From contig OZ219787.1 of assembly GCA_964291285.2 (NCBI GenBank), positions 1,408,001 through 1,472,000 on the forward strand: DNA of 64,000 nucleotides, written 5' to 3'. The notes below the pieces were generated by a model that was given only the letters and a program-made list of their open reading frames with translations, had not been told where the DNA came from and did no database searches. This document shows positions 1 to 10,606 of this stretch, in pieces. Position 1 is the first letter of the stretch; the number at the start of each line of letters is the position of its first letter. A program made the position numbers and the translations under genes. The stretch comes from Alphaproteobacteria bacterium (GTDB lineage Bacteria > Pseudomonadota > Alphaproteobacteria > Bin95).

Positions 1-73
1 CAACCGTTCCCCAAAACCAAAATCCCGACATCCATAACCAATTGAATCTGTTCAACAATTCAACCGGACACTA

Positions 74-910
74 GGTCGTGTACCCATAAGGGGTTTCTTC
101 TTCAGCGAAGCTGTGATTCAAGCTCCCAACTTCAGGGAGCGAGGACATGGGCCGGTACGATCTGACGGACTTCGAATGGCGGGTGATCAAGCCGTTGCTG
201 CCGAACAAGACCCGTGGGGTGCCGCGGGTTGACGACCGGCGGGTGTTGAACGGCATTCTGTGGGTGCTTCGCGCGGGGGCGCCGTGGCGAGACCTGCCGG
301 AGCACTACGGGCCTTATACGACCTGCTACAACCGGTTCAACCGCTGGCGCAAGAAGGGCATCTGGGATCAGTTGATGGATGCGGTGGTGGAGGCTCACGA
401 CGGCAATGTGCAGATGATCGACAGTTCGAGCGTCCGGGTTCACCAGCATGCGGCGGGGTCAAAAAAGGGGGTCCGGATCGTTGCATGGGCCGTTCCCGTG
501 GCGGACTGACCACGAAGATCCACGCCGTGTCGGACGTGAGCGGCCTGCCGGTCCGCTATGACCTCAGCCCCGGCCAGGCGCACGACACCACGGCCGCCGG
601 TGCCATGCTGGCGACCCTGCCGCCCGACAGTTTCCTCGTCGCCGACAAGGCCTATGACGCCAAATGGATCCGTGACCTGATCGAGCAACACGATGCCGTC
701 CCGATCATCCCCGACCGCGAAGGCGCGAAGACCAGGCACGCTTTCTCCAAACCCTTGTATAAATTGCGAAACCGGATCGAACGCGCCTTCAACAAACTCA
801 AGCAGTTCCGCCGCATCGCCACCCGATACGAAAAGCTCGCGGCCAACTTCCTCGCCATGATCAAGATCGCTACTGTAAGGCTCTGGCTACGCGCTTATGA
901 GTCCACGGCC
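74..910 (+). mobile_element. IS5-family (IS427-like) insertion sequence
   Basis: Terminal IRs GGTCGTGTACCCATAAG / revcomp GGCCGTGGACTCATAAG (14/17), flanked by TA at 72-73 and 911-912; contains split transposase. Confidence 0.9.
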
Positions 911-913
911 TAA
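147..913 (+). CDS. IS5-family transposase, two ORFs joined by -1 frameshift
   Basis: ORF A (RYDLTDFEW...GAPWRDLP...MIDSSSVRVHQHAAG) and ORF B (GRSRGGLTTKIH, ADKAYD, RNRIERAFNKLKQFRRIATRYEK); AAAAAAG at 461-467. Confidence 0.92.
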
Positions 914-1199
914 TGATGATATGTCATGTTGTGCCAACTGAGGCTGAATTATCGCATTTTTACAGGGGGTTAGTAATTTTTGAACTAAGGCCGTCTTCAT
1001 AGCGCAAGCGGATTCGCCCAAACCGCAGTCGTTGCCTGTCCGGCCGGCCTGTATCGATTCTGACCGCCCGTAACGGTCATAATGGCCAATTGTCATCTGC
1101 CGTCGCGCATCGTCGCTGATCGATGCGAGATGGCGAAATGCCCTTAGAACTGGCGAGCGTACCACCGGCTGACAGAACATCCCTGCCCGCCGGCTGCAG

Positions 1200-1517
1200 T
1201 CAGGCCACCGCCCCGAGGCCGTTCTTCGCCACCAGCGTCAGCAACTTCAGCGAGGAGCCACGCGGGCGCTTCTCGCCACGCTCCCACTGGCTCACCAGAC
1301 CCGTCGTCACGTTTAGATAGCGCGCGAACACCGCCTGGCTCGCACGTTCACGCAGCCGCAACTCGCGGATTGCCTCCGGCGTCATCTCCTCGACGGGCGT
1401 GAGGCACATCTCGTCGAACTTGCGCATAGTCCGCTTCGACATCACGCCGGCCTCCGCCAGACCAAGCGCCGCCTCGTGCGCCGCCGCCAGCGCTTCACTC
1501 CTGTATTGCTTAGTCAT
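1200..1517 (-). CDS. HigA-like XRE-HTH antitoxin
   Basis: C-terminal HTH SQAVFARYLNVTTGLVSQWERGEKRP; overlaps upstream toxin. Confidence 0.85.
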   Translation of the reverse strand: MTKQYRSEALAAAHEAALGLAEAGVMSKRTMRKFDEMCLTPVEEMTPEAIRELRLRERASQAVFARYLNVTTGLVSQWERGEKRPRGSSLKLLTLVAKNGLGAVA

Positions 1518-1884
1518 CGCATTTCACCTCGATAATGGCTCCCGTGGCCCGCGCGGTCACAAGGCCCGCCGCGTCCAGCGACAGATACTCATCGGCCAAC
1601 AGCCGGTAGGTTGCCAACTCGTCCCGGCGCAGGTTCTCGCGGCCACTCTTGGCGAACCCATAGACGAAGAACGCCAACTCGCCCCGGCGGAACAGCACGA
1701 TTGTGCGGAACCCGCCGGACCGGCCACCGCCCCTGCGGGCAATGCGCTGCTTGATGACGCCGCCGCCAAGGTCGGCGTCGACCAGCCCCTCTCCGGCGCG
1801 CCGGACGGCCTCGCACAGCACCGTATCCTCCAGCCCTTCGCGGTCGGAGAACCGCGCGAACGCCTTGGTCTTGAACGTCTGCAA
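1510..1884 (-). CDS. RelE/ParE (HigB-type) toxin
   Basis: DADLGGGVIKQRIAR..GRSGGFRTI..FFVYGFAK motif; toxin-first order. Confidence 0.85.
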   Translation of the reverse strand: MQTFKTKAFARFSDREGLEDTVLCEAVRRAGEGLVDADLGGGVIKQRIARRGGGRSGGFRTIVLFRRGELAFFVYGFAKSGRENLRRDELATYRLLADEYLSLDAAGLVTARATGAIIEVKCDD

Positions 1885-2501
1885 CCCGGACCTCGCCAGC
1901 GTCGGCCTTCATGTCTCCTTTGTAATACCAGGTGTGGTGTTTTTCAATCCACCCGCGCGGTCTCCGACCAGCCATCGTAAGCAGCGGTACCACTTGAGCC
2001 GCCCCACCCCCGTAAACCATCGCCGAATCCAGTCCCGCTGAAGCCGGGAACCTCCCCGCGATAAACACGGCAGCTAACTTGCTAAGTTGTACAGTACGTC
2101 CTTGCCGCGACCTCCAAGGGCGCGGTTGGTCGGGTTTACCTCGTACCCCCCGAAACTCGCCAGCAGTCGAACCTCCCGGTCATCGAGCACCCCGGCCCTC
2201 TTCTTCGCGGGCAGTCCGAAGAACCCTCCCCTGACCGCGCCTCCGTCATCCGGGAAAGCCGTTTTCGGCGGCTCCGGCAGCCGACGCTGCGCACATGAAG
2301 ATCCGGGTGGGGCCAGCGACCGAAGCCCGGGTCGGACGAGGCGGCGTTCTGCGCCTTCCGCCGGGCGCCGCCGGGTCCCTGCCTTCGCGTCATGGCCCGT
2401 CTCCCTGTCCTCCGGCCCCGGAAGACCTTCACGGTCTCCGGGGTAGACGGTAGAAGGAGCCATCGATAAGGGTTCCCGTCATTAGGGGAAAGCCGGTCCG
2501 C

Positions 2502-3353
2502 ATGACCTGTCCGTCTTCACGACCCGATGCCGGCGTGGTGAATTCCGCGATGGTCAAATGGTACGATCCGTCGAAGGGTTACGGTTTCCTCGTTCCCGAT
2601 GACGGCTCGCCCGACATCTACTGCCGGGACTCGGCATTGGCCGCGGTCGGCCTCGACATCCTGCTCGCCGGCGCGACGGTCGCCTGCGAGACGGTGCAGG
2701 GTCTTCGTGGGCCCGAGGTCTCGCGGATTCTCGGCGTCGACTTTTCCACGGCACCGCCCCGGACCGCATTTCACGCCCGGACGCCCTGCAACGGGACGAT
2801 GGCGGTCGCACCCGGCGCGGGGCAGGCCGGTCCTGCCGCTTCCGGCCGCGAGGTCCGGGCAATGGTCAAATGGTTTCACGCGGACAAGGGTTACGGCTTT
2901 CTGGAGTGCGAGGATGGGTCCGGGGACCTGTTCTGCCACATGAGTGTCGTGCAGGCGTCGGGACGGGACACGCTCCCCCAGGGCGCGACGGTCACCTGCG
3001 AGATCGTGCAGGGCGACCGGGGTCTCCAGGTATCGCAGGTCCTCTCGGTCGAGGCCCCGGCCGCGGGACCCGGCTCCGCTGACCGCGGCCGGCTCGTCGA
3101 CGCCCGATATCCGGGACCGCAAGGCGGCGCACCGCCGTCTCCCGTCAGGGAGCTGCCGGGCACCGTCAAGTTCTTCGATCCGGCGAGGGGCTTCGGCTTC
3201 GTCGTGCCGGACGAAGGCGGCCGCGAGGTGTTCGTCCACGCCAGCGTCGTGTTCCGCTCGGGCATGACCGACCTGTTGCCCGGACAACGCGTCTTCGTCC
3301 GCGCCGAGAGCGTGTCGCGCGGGCTCCAGGCGACAGAGATCGAGCCGCTCTGA
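2502..3353 (+). CDS. Cold-shock protein with three CSD domains
   Basis: Three repeats of VK(W/F)(Y/F)..KG(Y/F)GF RNP1 motif separated by Pro/Ala/Gly linkers. Confidence 0.9.
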   Translation: MTCPSSRPDAGVVNSAMVKWYDPSKGYGFLVPDDGSPDIYCRDSALAAVGLDILLAGATVACETVQGLRGPEVSRILGVDFSTAPPRTAFHARTPCNGTMAVAPGAGQAGPAASGREVRAMVKWFHADKGYGFLECEDGSGDLFCHMSVVQASGRDTLPQGATVTCEIVQGDRGLQVSQVLSVEAPAAGPGSADRGRLVDARYPGPQGGAPPSPVRELPGTVKFFDPARGFGFVVPDEGGREVFVHASVVFRSGMTDLLPGQRVFVRAESVSRGLQATEIEPL

Positions 3354-3439
3354 GCAAGCCGCGCACGAACGGGGAGCCGCCGTAACGGAGGAGACGGCAG
3401 GGCCCCGTTCCGGCCGGACGATCATCACAGGAGGAAAGC

Positions 3440-3721
3440 ATGGACCAGCGGGACGCGCCGCAGTCGGCGTCAACGGAAGAGGAAGCCCGGATCGGCGAGA
3501 TGCCGGCGGTCTTCGCCAACAAGGTTTATGTGTCGCCCTTGCCGGGCGGCGCGAAGATCACATTTGCCGAGGCGCGGCGGGGGTCCGGCGAGGAGCTGGC
3601 GTCGCCGCGGGTGGCGGTGTTCCTGCAGCACGCCGACCTTGCCGCCCTGCGCCGCCTGCTCGACTGGACGGCGGGCGCCTCCGATACGCCGCCCGAGCGC
3701 TTCGGCGGCTCGATGCACTGA
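3440..3721 (+). CDS. Hypothetical protein (93 aa)
   Basis: GGAGGA RBS before ATG; protein-like core AVFANKVYVSPLPGGAKITFAE. Confidence 0.65.
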   Translation: MDQRDAPQSASTEEEARIGEMPAVFANKVYVSPLPGGAKITFAEARRGSGEELASPRVAVFLQHADLAALRRLLDWTAGASDTPPERFGGSMH

Positions 3722-3814
3722 AGTTCGCCGGGCCTTGGAATGCGAAGGCCGGACGATACCCGACCGGCATCCCGAACCGCGCCGCCAACCCGTGACATGG
3801 ACAGAGTGCGGCCG

Positions 3815-4321
3815 TCATCCGCCGTCAGAGTCACGACCCGGTAGCCATTGGAGAGGATCAGCCGGCTTGGCCCAGGTCAGCATCACCTCGCCGGCACCCG
3901 GTTCCGCCGCCAGGTTCTGCGGTACCGACGGGACGTTGTCATTGCCTGTAATGGTGACCGTGACGAGGCAGCCGTCCTCGTCGCAGGCGGTCGTCCCGTC
4001 TGCTTCGCGAAAGCTCAGCCAATCGGGCAGCGACTCCCGTTCTGCGATCCGAACGGCGAAGTCTTCGTCGGCTTCGGCGGCCGCGTCGTCGGGAATGGTC
4101 AGCTCCACCGTCTTGCGCGCTTCAAAGACCGGCCCGTCGGCCGTGAAATCCCCCGGTTGGAACAGAACCGCGGTCTCGATCGGTTCGTAGTCGTTGCCCG
4201 ACGTAGCGCCATCCGCGCTCGACGTCACCGATACGGCGAATCCAGCGCTCGCCGTCGACCGGGGCGCCGATTTCGACGTCGGCCTGTCGGGGGTGCGCTG
4301 CCGTTCATGGGCGCGGGCCAT
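3815..4321 (-). pseudogene. Fragment of Calx-beta / fibronectin type III surface protein
   Basis: DGATSGNDYEPI..TVELTIPDDAAAEADEDFAV (Calx-beta-like), then PSVPQNLAAEPGAGEVMLTWAKP (start of FN3) that stops abruptly. Confidence 0.65.
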
Positions 4322-4592
4322 GCGGAGAGCCGGTTCGTGTTAATCGGCGACGTCCATTTCGTTGGTCGTGGACCGGGACGGGAACCTCGCCGCGGGCGAG
4401 GGATTCGAGGGCAACCGGGGCTGGGCGGAGGGCCGCCTGGAGCTGCGCGTCTTGGGCGACCGGACGGTGCGCAGCATTGGTTGGCAGGACCTCGCGCGCC
4501 AACTGGGCGTGACTGCCTTGGCGTCCGGGTACAGGGGCTGAGGCGCCGGAGATGAAGGTGTCGGGGCTGCGGGGTCGGGTCGTCGGGGTTGG

Positions 4593-4775
4593 TCAGGGGA
4601 TCAGCTTGACCGCGGCCACGAGTAGGGCGTTGACGGCGGCCATGAAGCCGATAAGCCGCCATGTCGGGCGGGTTTCCAGCGCTGCCAGTTCCGTCTTGAG
4701 TCCGCCTACAGCGACGTTGAGCTCGTGGCGCGTTACCGGTTCGCCGGCAGATGCGACGCCATCAGGTGGCGCCAT
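4593..4775 (-). CDS. Small coiled-coil membrane-anchored protein (DUF1640-like, possibly truncated)
   Basis: VTRHEL..LKTELAALETR followed by hydrophobic C-terminal helix ending VKLIP. Confidence 0.5.
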   Translation of the reverse strand: MAPPDGVASAGEPVTRHELNVAVGGLKTELAALETRPTWRLIGFMAAVNALLVAAVKLIP

Positions 4776-5116
4776 TCTTCTCAGAGTCCGTTTGAGAATT
4801 TCCCGTGACGGCGACGACCCAGAGCACCCATGGCATAATCGGGAGGATCAGTTGCCACAATGCTCCTGCCGACCACAGCGTTCCCGTCGCGAGCAGCCAG
4901 ACGGCGGCGCGCGGCCCTCAGCGCAAGCTGCAAGCCGTCCGCCGCGGTCAACAGCAGATCGTCCCAGGCCCGCGAGCGCGTTGTCGCCGGGAGACGACAG
5001 GAAGTCCGATACGGCCTGCACGTTGTCGGCGAAGCCGACTCCAGCCAACGTGCTGAAGACAGGCCGTATGGACCGGCCGTTCTCCTGATGCCTTTACGGT
5101 GCCTTTCCTGCGCGGG

Positions 5117-5941
5117 TCATTGTTTCGCGCCCCATGCAGCGTCCACCTTCCAGAAGACCGGCGCACAATTGGACGAACATCCACCGAACCCGTCGGTATT
5201 CGCCGTCACTTCAGCTTTATTTTTCTTCCACTCGGCCTCGACAAGGTAGAACTTGCCGCCGATCCCCTCGGCGTTCGAACCGTAGAAGTGTCCGGAGATT
5301 GCGGCGTCCCGATACATGCGCCGAAAATTCCAGTGGTATCGCTCCTTGGCAGGCCGGGCGATCCCGCCGGGGTCCTTGTCGAAGGAGAAGGAATTGTCGT
5401 TGTGACCTATTGAACCGTTGAACCACTGACTAGGAAGGCTCACCGGGGTCGTGCCGTTGGTCCTCGGGTGAACCCTGATATCAGTGAAGCCGATGCTCAA
5501 TTGCACGCCCCTCGTGGAATCGGAGAGTTCCGCATCGAAGTTGACATTGGCGCTCACGGATCCCGTCACCGGGTAGAGCAGGCCCTGATGGCTGTCATTG
5601 TCTTCGATGGATCCGCGGCCCCACATGTGGCCGCTATAGCTGGCGGTCCCGGAGACCGGCATGTCGGAGCCCGGCGTGTGGGTTCCCGTGATGCCGAATA
5701 GCGACCGCTGGCCGCCGGTGAGCCCGATCGTGAACGGGTCGCCCCGCTGCTGGTCGTAGAGATCGACGTGAACATCCGTCCAGTAATTCGCAATCCAGTT
5801 CCCCCAGCACTCATAATCGTAGGGATGGTCGGCCTGCGACCAGTTGCAGGCCGCCATCGCCGGGGACGGCGGGAAGGCGAGGCAGACAAGGGCGAGGAAG
5901 CCCATTGTCAAGCCGAAGAAGCGGGTAGATCTGAAAGTCAT
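5117..5941 (-). CDS. Secreted transferrin-binding-protein-B-like beta-barrel protein
   Basis: Signal peptide (FFGLTMGFLALVCLAF..AMA); DMPVSGTASYSG, VSANVNFD and GHFYGSNAEGIGGKF motifs; C-terminal AWGAKQ. Confidence 0.75.
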   Translation of the reverse strand: MTFRSTRFFGLTMGFLALVCLAFPPSPAMAACNWSQADHPYDYECWGNWIANYWTDVHVDLYDQQRGDPFTIGLTGGQRSLFGITGTHTPGSDMPVSGTASYSGHMWGRGSIEDNDSHQGLLYPVTGSVSANVNFDAELSDSTRGVQLSIGFTDIRVHPRTNGTTPVSLPSQWFNGSIGHNDNSFSFDKDPGGIARPAKERYHWNFRRMYRDAAISGHFYGSNAEGIGGKFYLVEAEWKKNKAEVTANTDGFGGCSSNCAPVFWKVDAAWGAKQ

Positions 5942-6532
5942 TATTCGCTGCACCTCCATCGTGCGCTGCCGGATTGGCCGCGGCTGTCTATCCGGAGCCG
6001 TCCTGTCGCGCGTCCCCAATATCGGGTAGATTCCGAGAGAAATTCGTTCGGGGCACCGGCTCCGGAATCGACTTCCGTTATGGGACGTTTGTCGTCAGGC
6101 GCGATTTTTCCATAGCCGGTCGTCGCGCCGCGATTTTTCGTTCGCGGAGGTTCGCTGCCTACGAGAGGCCTGTTTGCCAGCCATGGTCCGCAAGTTTCCC
6201 TTGGCCCGGTTCTCCCCGGCGGAAGCCACCAACACCGCTTCGGTATTGGTCGCTTGAGCAGGGATCCACGATCCCTGGATAGGTCCGTCGCCAAGCTCTC
6301 GCTTCCGTCCGTGGTCGGCGCGGCGGCCGCCAACCTCATGCCTGGTCCGGTGCAGTTCCCGAGTGCCGGTTTCAGCGGCGTGCCCGGACGCGATAAATCG
6401 CTCCGGCGAACAACTCATTCCACGTGCATCATCGGGAACCGGGTCCCGGCGAGGGGACACCGGTGATCGCCCATTTTCAGGCGCGGTTCTTTTCCCCTTC
6501 CCTTGCTGATTGCCGATTGACCGCGGCCCCAC

Positions 6533-6718
6533 CTATGCCGTCCGCGGCGCCATCGCCTCTTCGCGCATGAGGCGGAACCCGGAGCCACCGGACACTAGGA
6601 TGTTTCCCTTCGATCCGCACAGCTCGTCGAACAGGGCGGATGCGACCGGCCAGCCCGCATCGTCGAACGCGGCCGCGTGCAGGGCCTTGAAGGCGCGCCC
6701 GAACAGGTCGTCGCGGTC
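6533..6718 (-). pseudogene. N-terminal fragment of a LuxR-type regulator
   Basis: Frame not in ORF track: DRDDLFGRAFKALHAAAFDDAGWPVASALFDELCGSKGNILV, then early stop; resembles sensor N-terminus of LuxR-HTH regulators. Confidence 0.5.
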
Positions 6719-7190
6719 CCCGTCGCCGGACCGGCCTCCGGTGCAGGTTATGGCGGCCGGCGACTTGAATTTCCGTATTCGCCGCGGCGGCCGGGATGTG
6801 CCAATCCCGGCGCCATGTCCGAACGGTGGACCGGTCCCGTGGGGTCCGTCGCTCCGGCATGCGGCGCGGGCATGAATTCGGCTTGCATCAGCATTTTTTT
6901 CGAGTTCGGGCAGCTGTTAGGGGAGTCGGTGGAATGCGCGGCGGTTCGGAGACTGCCGCCGGAGGCAGGGCCATGATGGGGTGGCGGGCACAGGAGACGC
7001 GGACATCCGGGACCGGACCGACCCCCGGACTGGCCCGACGCGCCGGGCGTCGCGGCGATCGTGCAGTACAAAAGAGAGGCCGGACGGCAGAGCGCGCTCC
7101 GGCGGGGCTACGCGTTTCCAAAAAATCCTCTGGAATCAGACAGTTGTGCCGGAAATGCCGCGGTTCAGACCGGCCTCGGCCGGCCCGGTT

Positions 7191-7222
7191 TTGCTCGCGA
7201 TAACTTTCATTATCAGGAGTAA
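7191..7222. repeat. Candidate tyrosine-recombinase core site (13-6-13 imperfect inverted repeat)
   Basis: TTGCTCGCGATAA-CTTTCA-TTATCAGGAGTAA (arms 10/13); related half-site TTGCTCACGATAA at 7385-7397. Confidence 0.5.
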
Positions 7223-7524
7223 TGTTGTCAATCCGGTTTCGATTCTGCGCCGCCCCGCCCCTGACGCAGGGCGCCGCGGGTCACGAACGCCGCAACCCGT
7301 TGAATGGCAGGCGTTTTCCGGGACGCGAAGCGGCTCCGGCGGACACTGTCGGCGCGCGGCCGCGCAGACCTGGTCGGCGGATTATTGCTCACGATAACTG
7401 TATCGTGAATCCACCCCTCGCGGGGCGCCCGCGATCCGAATCCGGCCGGCCGCCAAGCGTGGATGCCCCGCCGTCCGACACGCGATCCTAGCCGGATCCG
7501 CGCCGCCGGGCACGCCTGCGCGGT

Positions 7525-7821
7525 TCAGCCGCGCCGCTGCAGCCGGGCGAGCTGCGCGGCGCAGCCCCTGCGGGCCAGCAGCCGCTCATCGCCGTAACGG
7601 TTGACCATGGCGGTCGACTTCCAGCGCCCGGCCTGCAGGATCGCCGGCAGCTCGATGCTGGCACAGACCCGGGCGCTGTGCCCGGAAAGGCCCTCGACCA
7701 CCGCCGACGGCAGGCCGGCCCGGCGCGCCATCGCCTTGAGGATGCGCGGCACCTGGTTCGGGTCGGGGCGCCCGCCGAGCCTGCCGCGTTCAACGTCGGG
7801 TCGCTTACGGATGAGTGCCAA
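7525..7821 (-). pseudogene. C-terminal fragment of Cre-like tyrosine recombinase
   Basis: GLSGHSARV (HxxR), ILQAGRWKSTAMVNRY (W and catalytic Y); N-terminus missing, internal deletion after HSARV. Confidence 0.8.
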
Positions 7822-8016
7822 ATGACACTCTGAGGAATTCCATGGGCGGCCGGAGGAATGCGGCGCCAGGGTGCGTGCCCGTGGAAAAAATCTCCGAATC
7901 TCCCCAATCCTGGGGACGCGCAGATATGTCCAACAGGCATATCTTTCCGCCCAATTATTGGAGGCTGTTCCCGTCTGGGGGGGGGCGGCTCCGTGCTGCT
8001 TGTTGGGGGGAATAGC

Positions 8017-9414
8017 GATCGTGCCCCCGCGGGTGGTGTAAGAGCCTGGCGTCCGTAGCGGTGTCCGGCGGGTAGGGCCGGAACGCTCAGGCTGCCACGG
8101 CGGGCAACTTGACGGTTGTATTGTCGCTCACGGGAGCGATGGATTCCAGCGTCATGTATCTGGCTCTCTGGACTGCCCATTCATCGTTCTGCTCGAGCAG
8201 GATTGCGCCGATCAGCCGGGTGATGGCGTCCTCGTTGGGGAAGATGCCGACGGTGTTTGTGCGCCGCTTGATCTCGCCGTGGAGGCGTTCGAGCGGGTTT
8301 GTCGAGTGCAGCTTGGCGCGGTGCGCGGCCGGGAAGGTCATGTAGGCGAGAACATCGTGCTCGGCCTCGTCCATGATGGCGGCGAGCTTTGGCGCCTTGG
8401 GCCTGAGCTGGTCGGCGACCTGGCGCCACTGGGCGGAGGCGCTGTCTGCATCCTCCTGGGCGAAGGCGGTAGTGACGAAGGCGGAGACGACGCGCCGGCC
8501 CTGCTTGCCGGCATGGGCGAGCAGGTTGCGCATGAAGTGGACGCGGCATCTCTGCCAGGTGGCGCCGAAGATGCGGGTGGCGGCGGCCTTCAGGCCCTTG
8601 TGGTCGTCGGAGATCACCAGCTTGACGCCGCGCAGGCCGCGGCGGGCGAGCGAGCGCAGGAAGTCGGTCCAGAAGGTCTCGGCCTCGGACGCGCCGATCG
8701 CCATGCCGAGCACCTCGCGCCGGCCCTGATCGTTGACCGCCACCGCGATGGTGACCGCGACCGAGACGACGCGCCCGGCCTCGCGCATCTTCACATAGGT
8801 CGCGTCAAGCCAGAGATACGGCCAGTCGCCCTCCAGCGGCCGGTCGAGGAAGTCGCGGATCTTGTCGTCGATCTCGCCGCACAGCCGCGACACCTGGCTC
8901 TTGGAGATGCCCGACATGCCCATCGCCTGCACCAGGTCGTCCACCGAGCGGGTCGATACGCCCTTGATGTAGGCCTCCTGGATCACCGCCGTCAGCGCCT
9001 TCTCCGCCATCCGCCGCGGTTCAAGGAAGCCCGGGAAGTAGCTCCCCTTGCGCAGCTTCGGGATCTTCAGTTCGACCGTGCCGGCCCGCGTCTCCCAGAC
9101 CCGGTCCCGGTAGCCGTTGCGCTGCGTGATCCGGTCCGGCGAGCGCTCGCCGTGCGCGGCGCCCGCAAGGCCCTCAACCTCAAGCGCCATCAGACGCGCG
9201 GCCGTGAACCCGATCATCTCGCGAAGCAGGTCGGCGTCGGAACTCTTCTCCAACAGCGCCCGCAGGGTCATCATGTCGGTGGTGGTCATCGTGGTACTCC
9301 TCCGGTCAGGTGGACTGTGACAGCCCAACCCTAACCGGCACCGCGATGGCCTCCGCTGTGGGTAAGTGGCCCGCCGCCGCCTGACTCCAGACGGTCGCGG
9401 CGGCGGGCCACTTA
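8017..9414 (-). mobile_element. IS256-family element, 5' end cut by IS630
   Basis: 3' end GATCGTGCCCCCGCGGGTGGTGTAAG at 8017; other end stops at CCACTTA where the IS630 begins. Confidence 0.8.
8087..9289 (-). CDS. IS256-family transposase
   Basis: [64 protein letters not shown]. Confidence 0.95.
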   Translation of the reverse strand: MTTTDMMTLRALLEKSSDADLLREMIGFTAARLMALEVEGLAGAAHGERSPDRITQRNGYRDRVWETRAGTVELKIPKLRKGSYFPGFLEPRRMAEKALTAVIQEAYIKGVSTRSVDDLVQAMGMSGISKSQVSRLCGEIDDKIRDFLDRPLEGDWPYLWLDATYVKMREAGRVVSVAVTIAVAVNDQGRREVLGMAIGASEAETFWTDFLRSLARRGLRGVKLVISDDHKGLKAAATRIFGATWQRCRVHFMRNLLAHAGKQGRRVVSAFVTTAFAQEDADSASAQWRQVADQLRPKAPKLAAIMDEAEHDVLAYMTFPAAHRAKLHSTNPLERLHGEIKRRTNTVGIFPNEDAITRLIGAILLEQNDEWAVQRARYMTLESIAPVSDNTTVKLPAVAA

Positions 9415-10581
9415 TACCAGCGGTTGAGGGTTGAGACTCATTGAGGGGATTCCCAAGGTTATCGAGTTCTGACTCAATAGCGATTCTGCGATTGGAGGGT
9501 CGTTATGAGGGCAGCAATCCCCTTGAGGGAGGATTTTGATGCGGCGCAGTTGCGCGGCTTGGCGCAGCGGAGCCGGGATGGTTCGCAGAACCGTCGCCTT
9601 CTTGCGCTTGCGGTGATTTACGACGGTTACCGTCGTTCGGATGCGGCGCGTTTTGCGGGGGTGGGCTTGCAGATCATCCGGGACTGGGTTCTTCGCTTCA
9701 ACGCGGAAGGCCCGGAGGGATTGAAGGATCGCAAGGCCTCAGGTCCGCCGCGCAAGTTGAACGGGGAGCAGCGCGCGGCGCTGGCGGCGGTTGTGGAGAG
9801 CGGTCCGGACCCGGCGATCCACGGCGTGGTGCGGTGGCGGCGCTGCGACCTGGCGGCATGGCTCAGCGAGCAGTTCGGCATCTCGTTGGCGGAGACGACG
9901 GTCGGGCGGGAGTTGCGCCGGATGGGCTACGCCAAGCTCTCTGCGCGCCCGCGCCACTATGCCCAGGACGAAGCCGCGCTGGCAGGGTTCAAAAAAACTT
10001 CCCCGACCGCCTGAAGGAGATCCGCGCTGCACTCGGCGACGGCGTCGAGGTCGAAGTCTGGTGGCAGGACGAGGCGCGCGTCGGGCAGAAGAACAAGATC
10101 ACCCGGCGATGGGCTAAACGCGGCACCCGACCGTCAGCGCCCAAGGACCAGAGAACCATCTCGGCCTACATCTTCGGCGCCATATGCCCGCAGAAGGGCA
10201 AGGCCGCCGGCCTCGTCATGCCCCACGCCAACACGGAGGCACTCAACGCCCACCTCGCCGAGGTCGCCCTCACCGTTGAACCCGGAGCCCATGCCCTCGT
10301 CATGCTCGACCGGGCCGGATGGCACACATCCCCGGCCCTCAAAGTCCCCGACAACATAACCCTGATGCCGCTCCCGCCCCGGTCCCCCGAGCTCAATCCC
10401 GTCGAGAATGTCTGGCAGTTCATGCGCGAAAATTGGCTCTCGAACCGCGTCTTCCAGAACTACGACGACATACTCGATCACTGCTGCCAGGCCTGGAACA
10501 ATCTCGTCTCACAACCAGAACGCATCGCCTCCATCGGAACCCGAAAATGGGCCAATGGGTTCTGAACTATGCCCGCTGGTA
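9415..10581 (+). mobile_element. IS630-family insertion sequence
   Basis: Ends TACCAGCGG / CCGCTGGTA with TA at 9413-9414 and 10582-10583. Confidence 0.88.
9505..10565 (+). CDS. IS630 transposase, -1 frameshift
   Basis: ORF A HTH (RRLLALA..RDWVLRFN) and ORF B DDE (WQDEARVG, LDRAGWH, SPELNPVENVW); AAAAAAAC at 9991-9998. Confidence 0.92.
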
Positions 10582-10606
10582 TAACATTGGCAATATGGAT
10601 TTCTCT

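Noticed and set aside
2074-2130. Possible oriT (CCAAGGGCGC)
   Set aside because: Only a partial match to the MOBQ nick region, and no relaxase in the window
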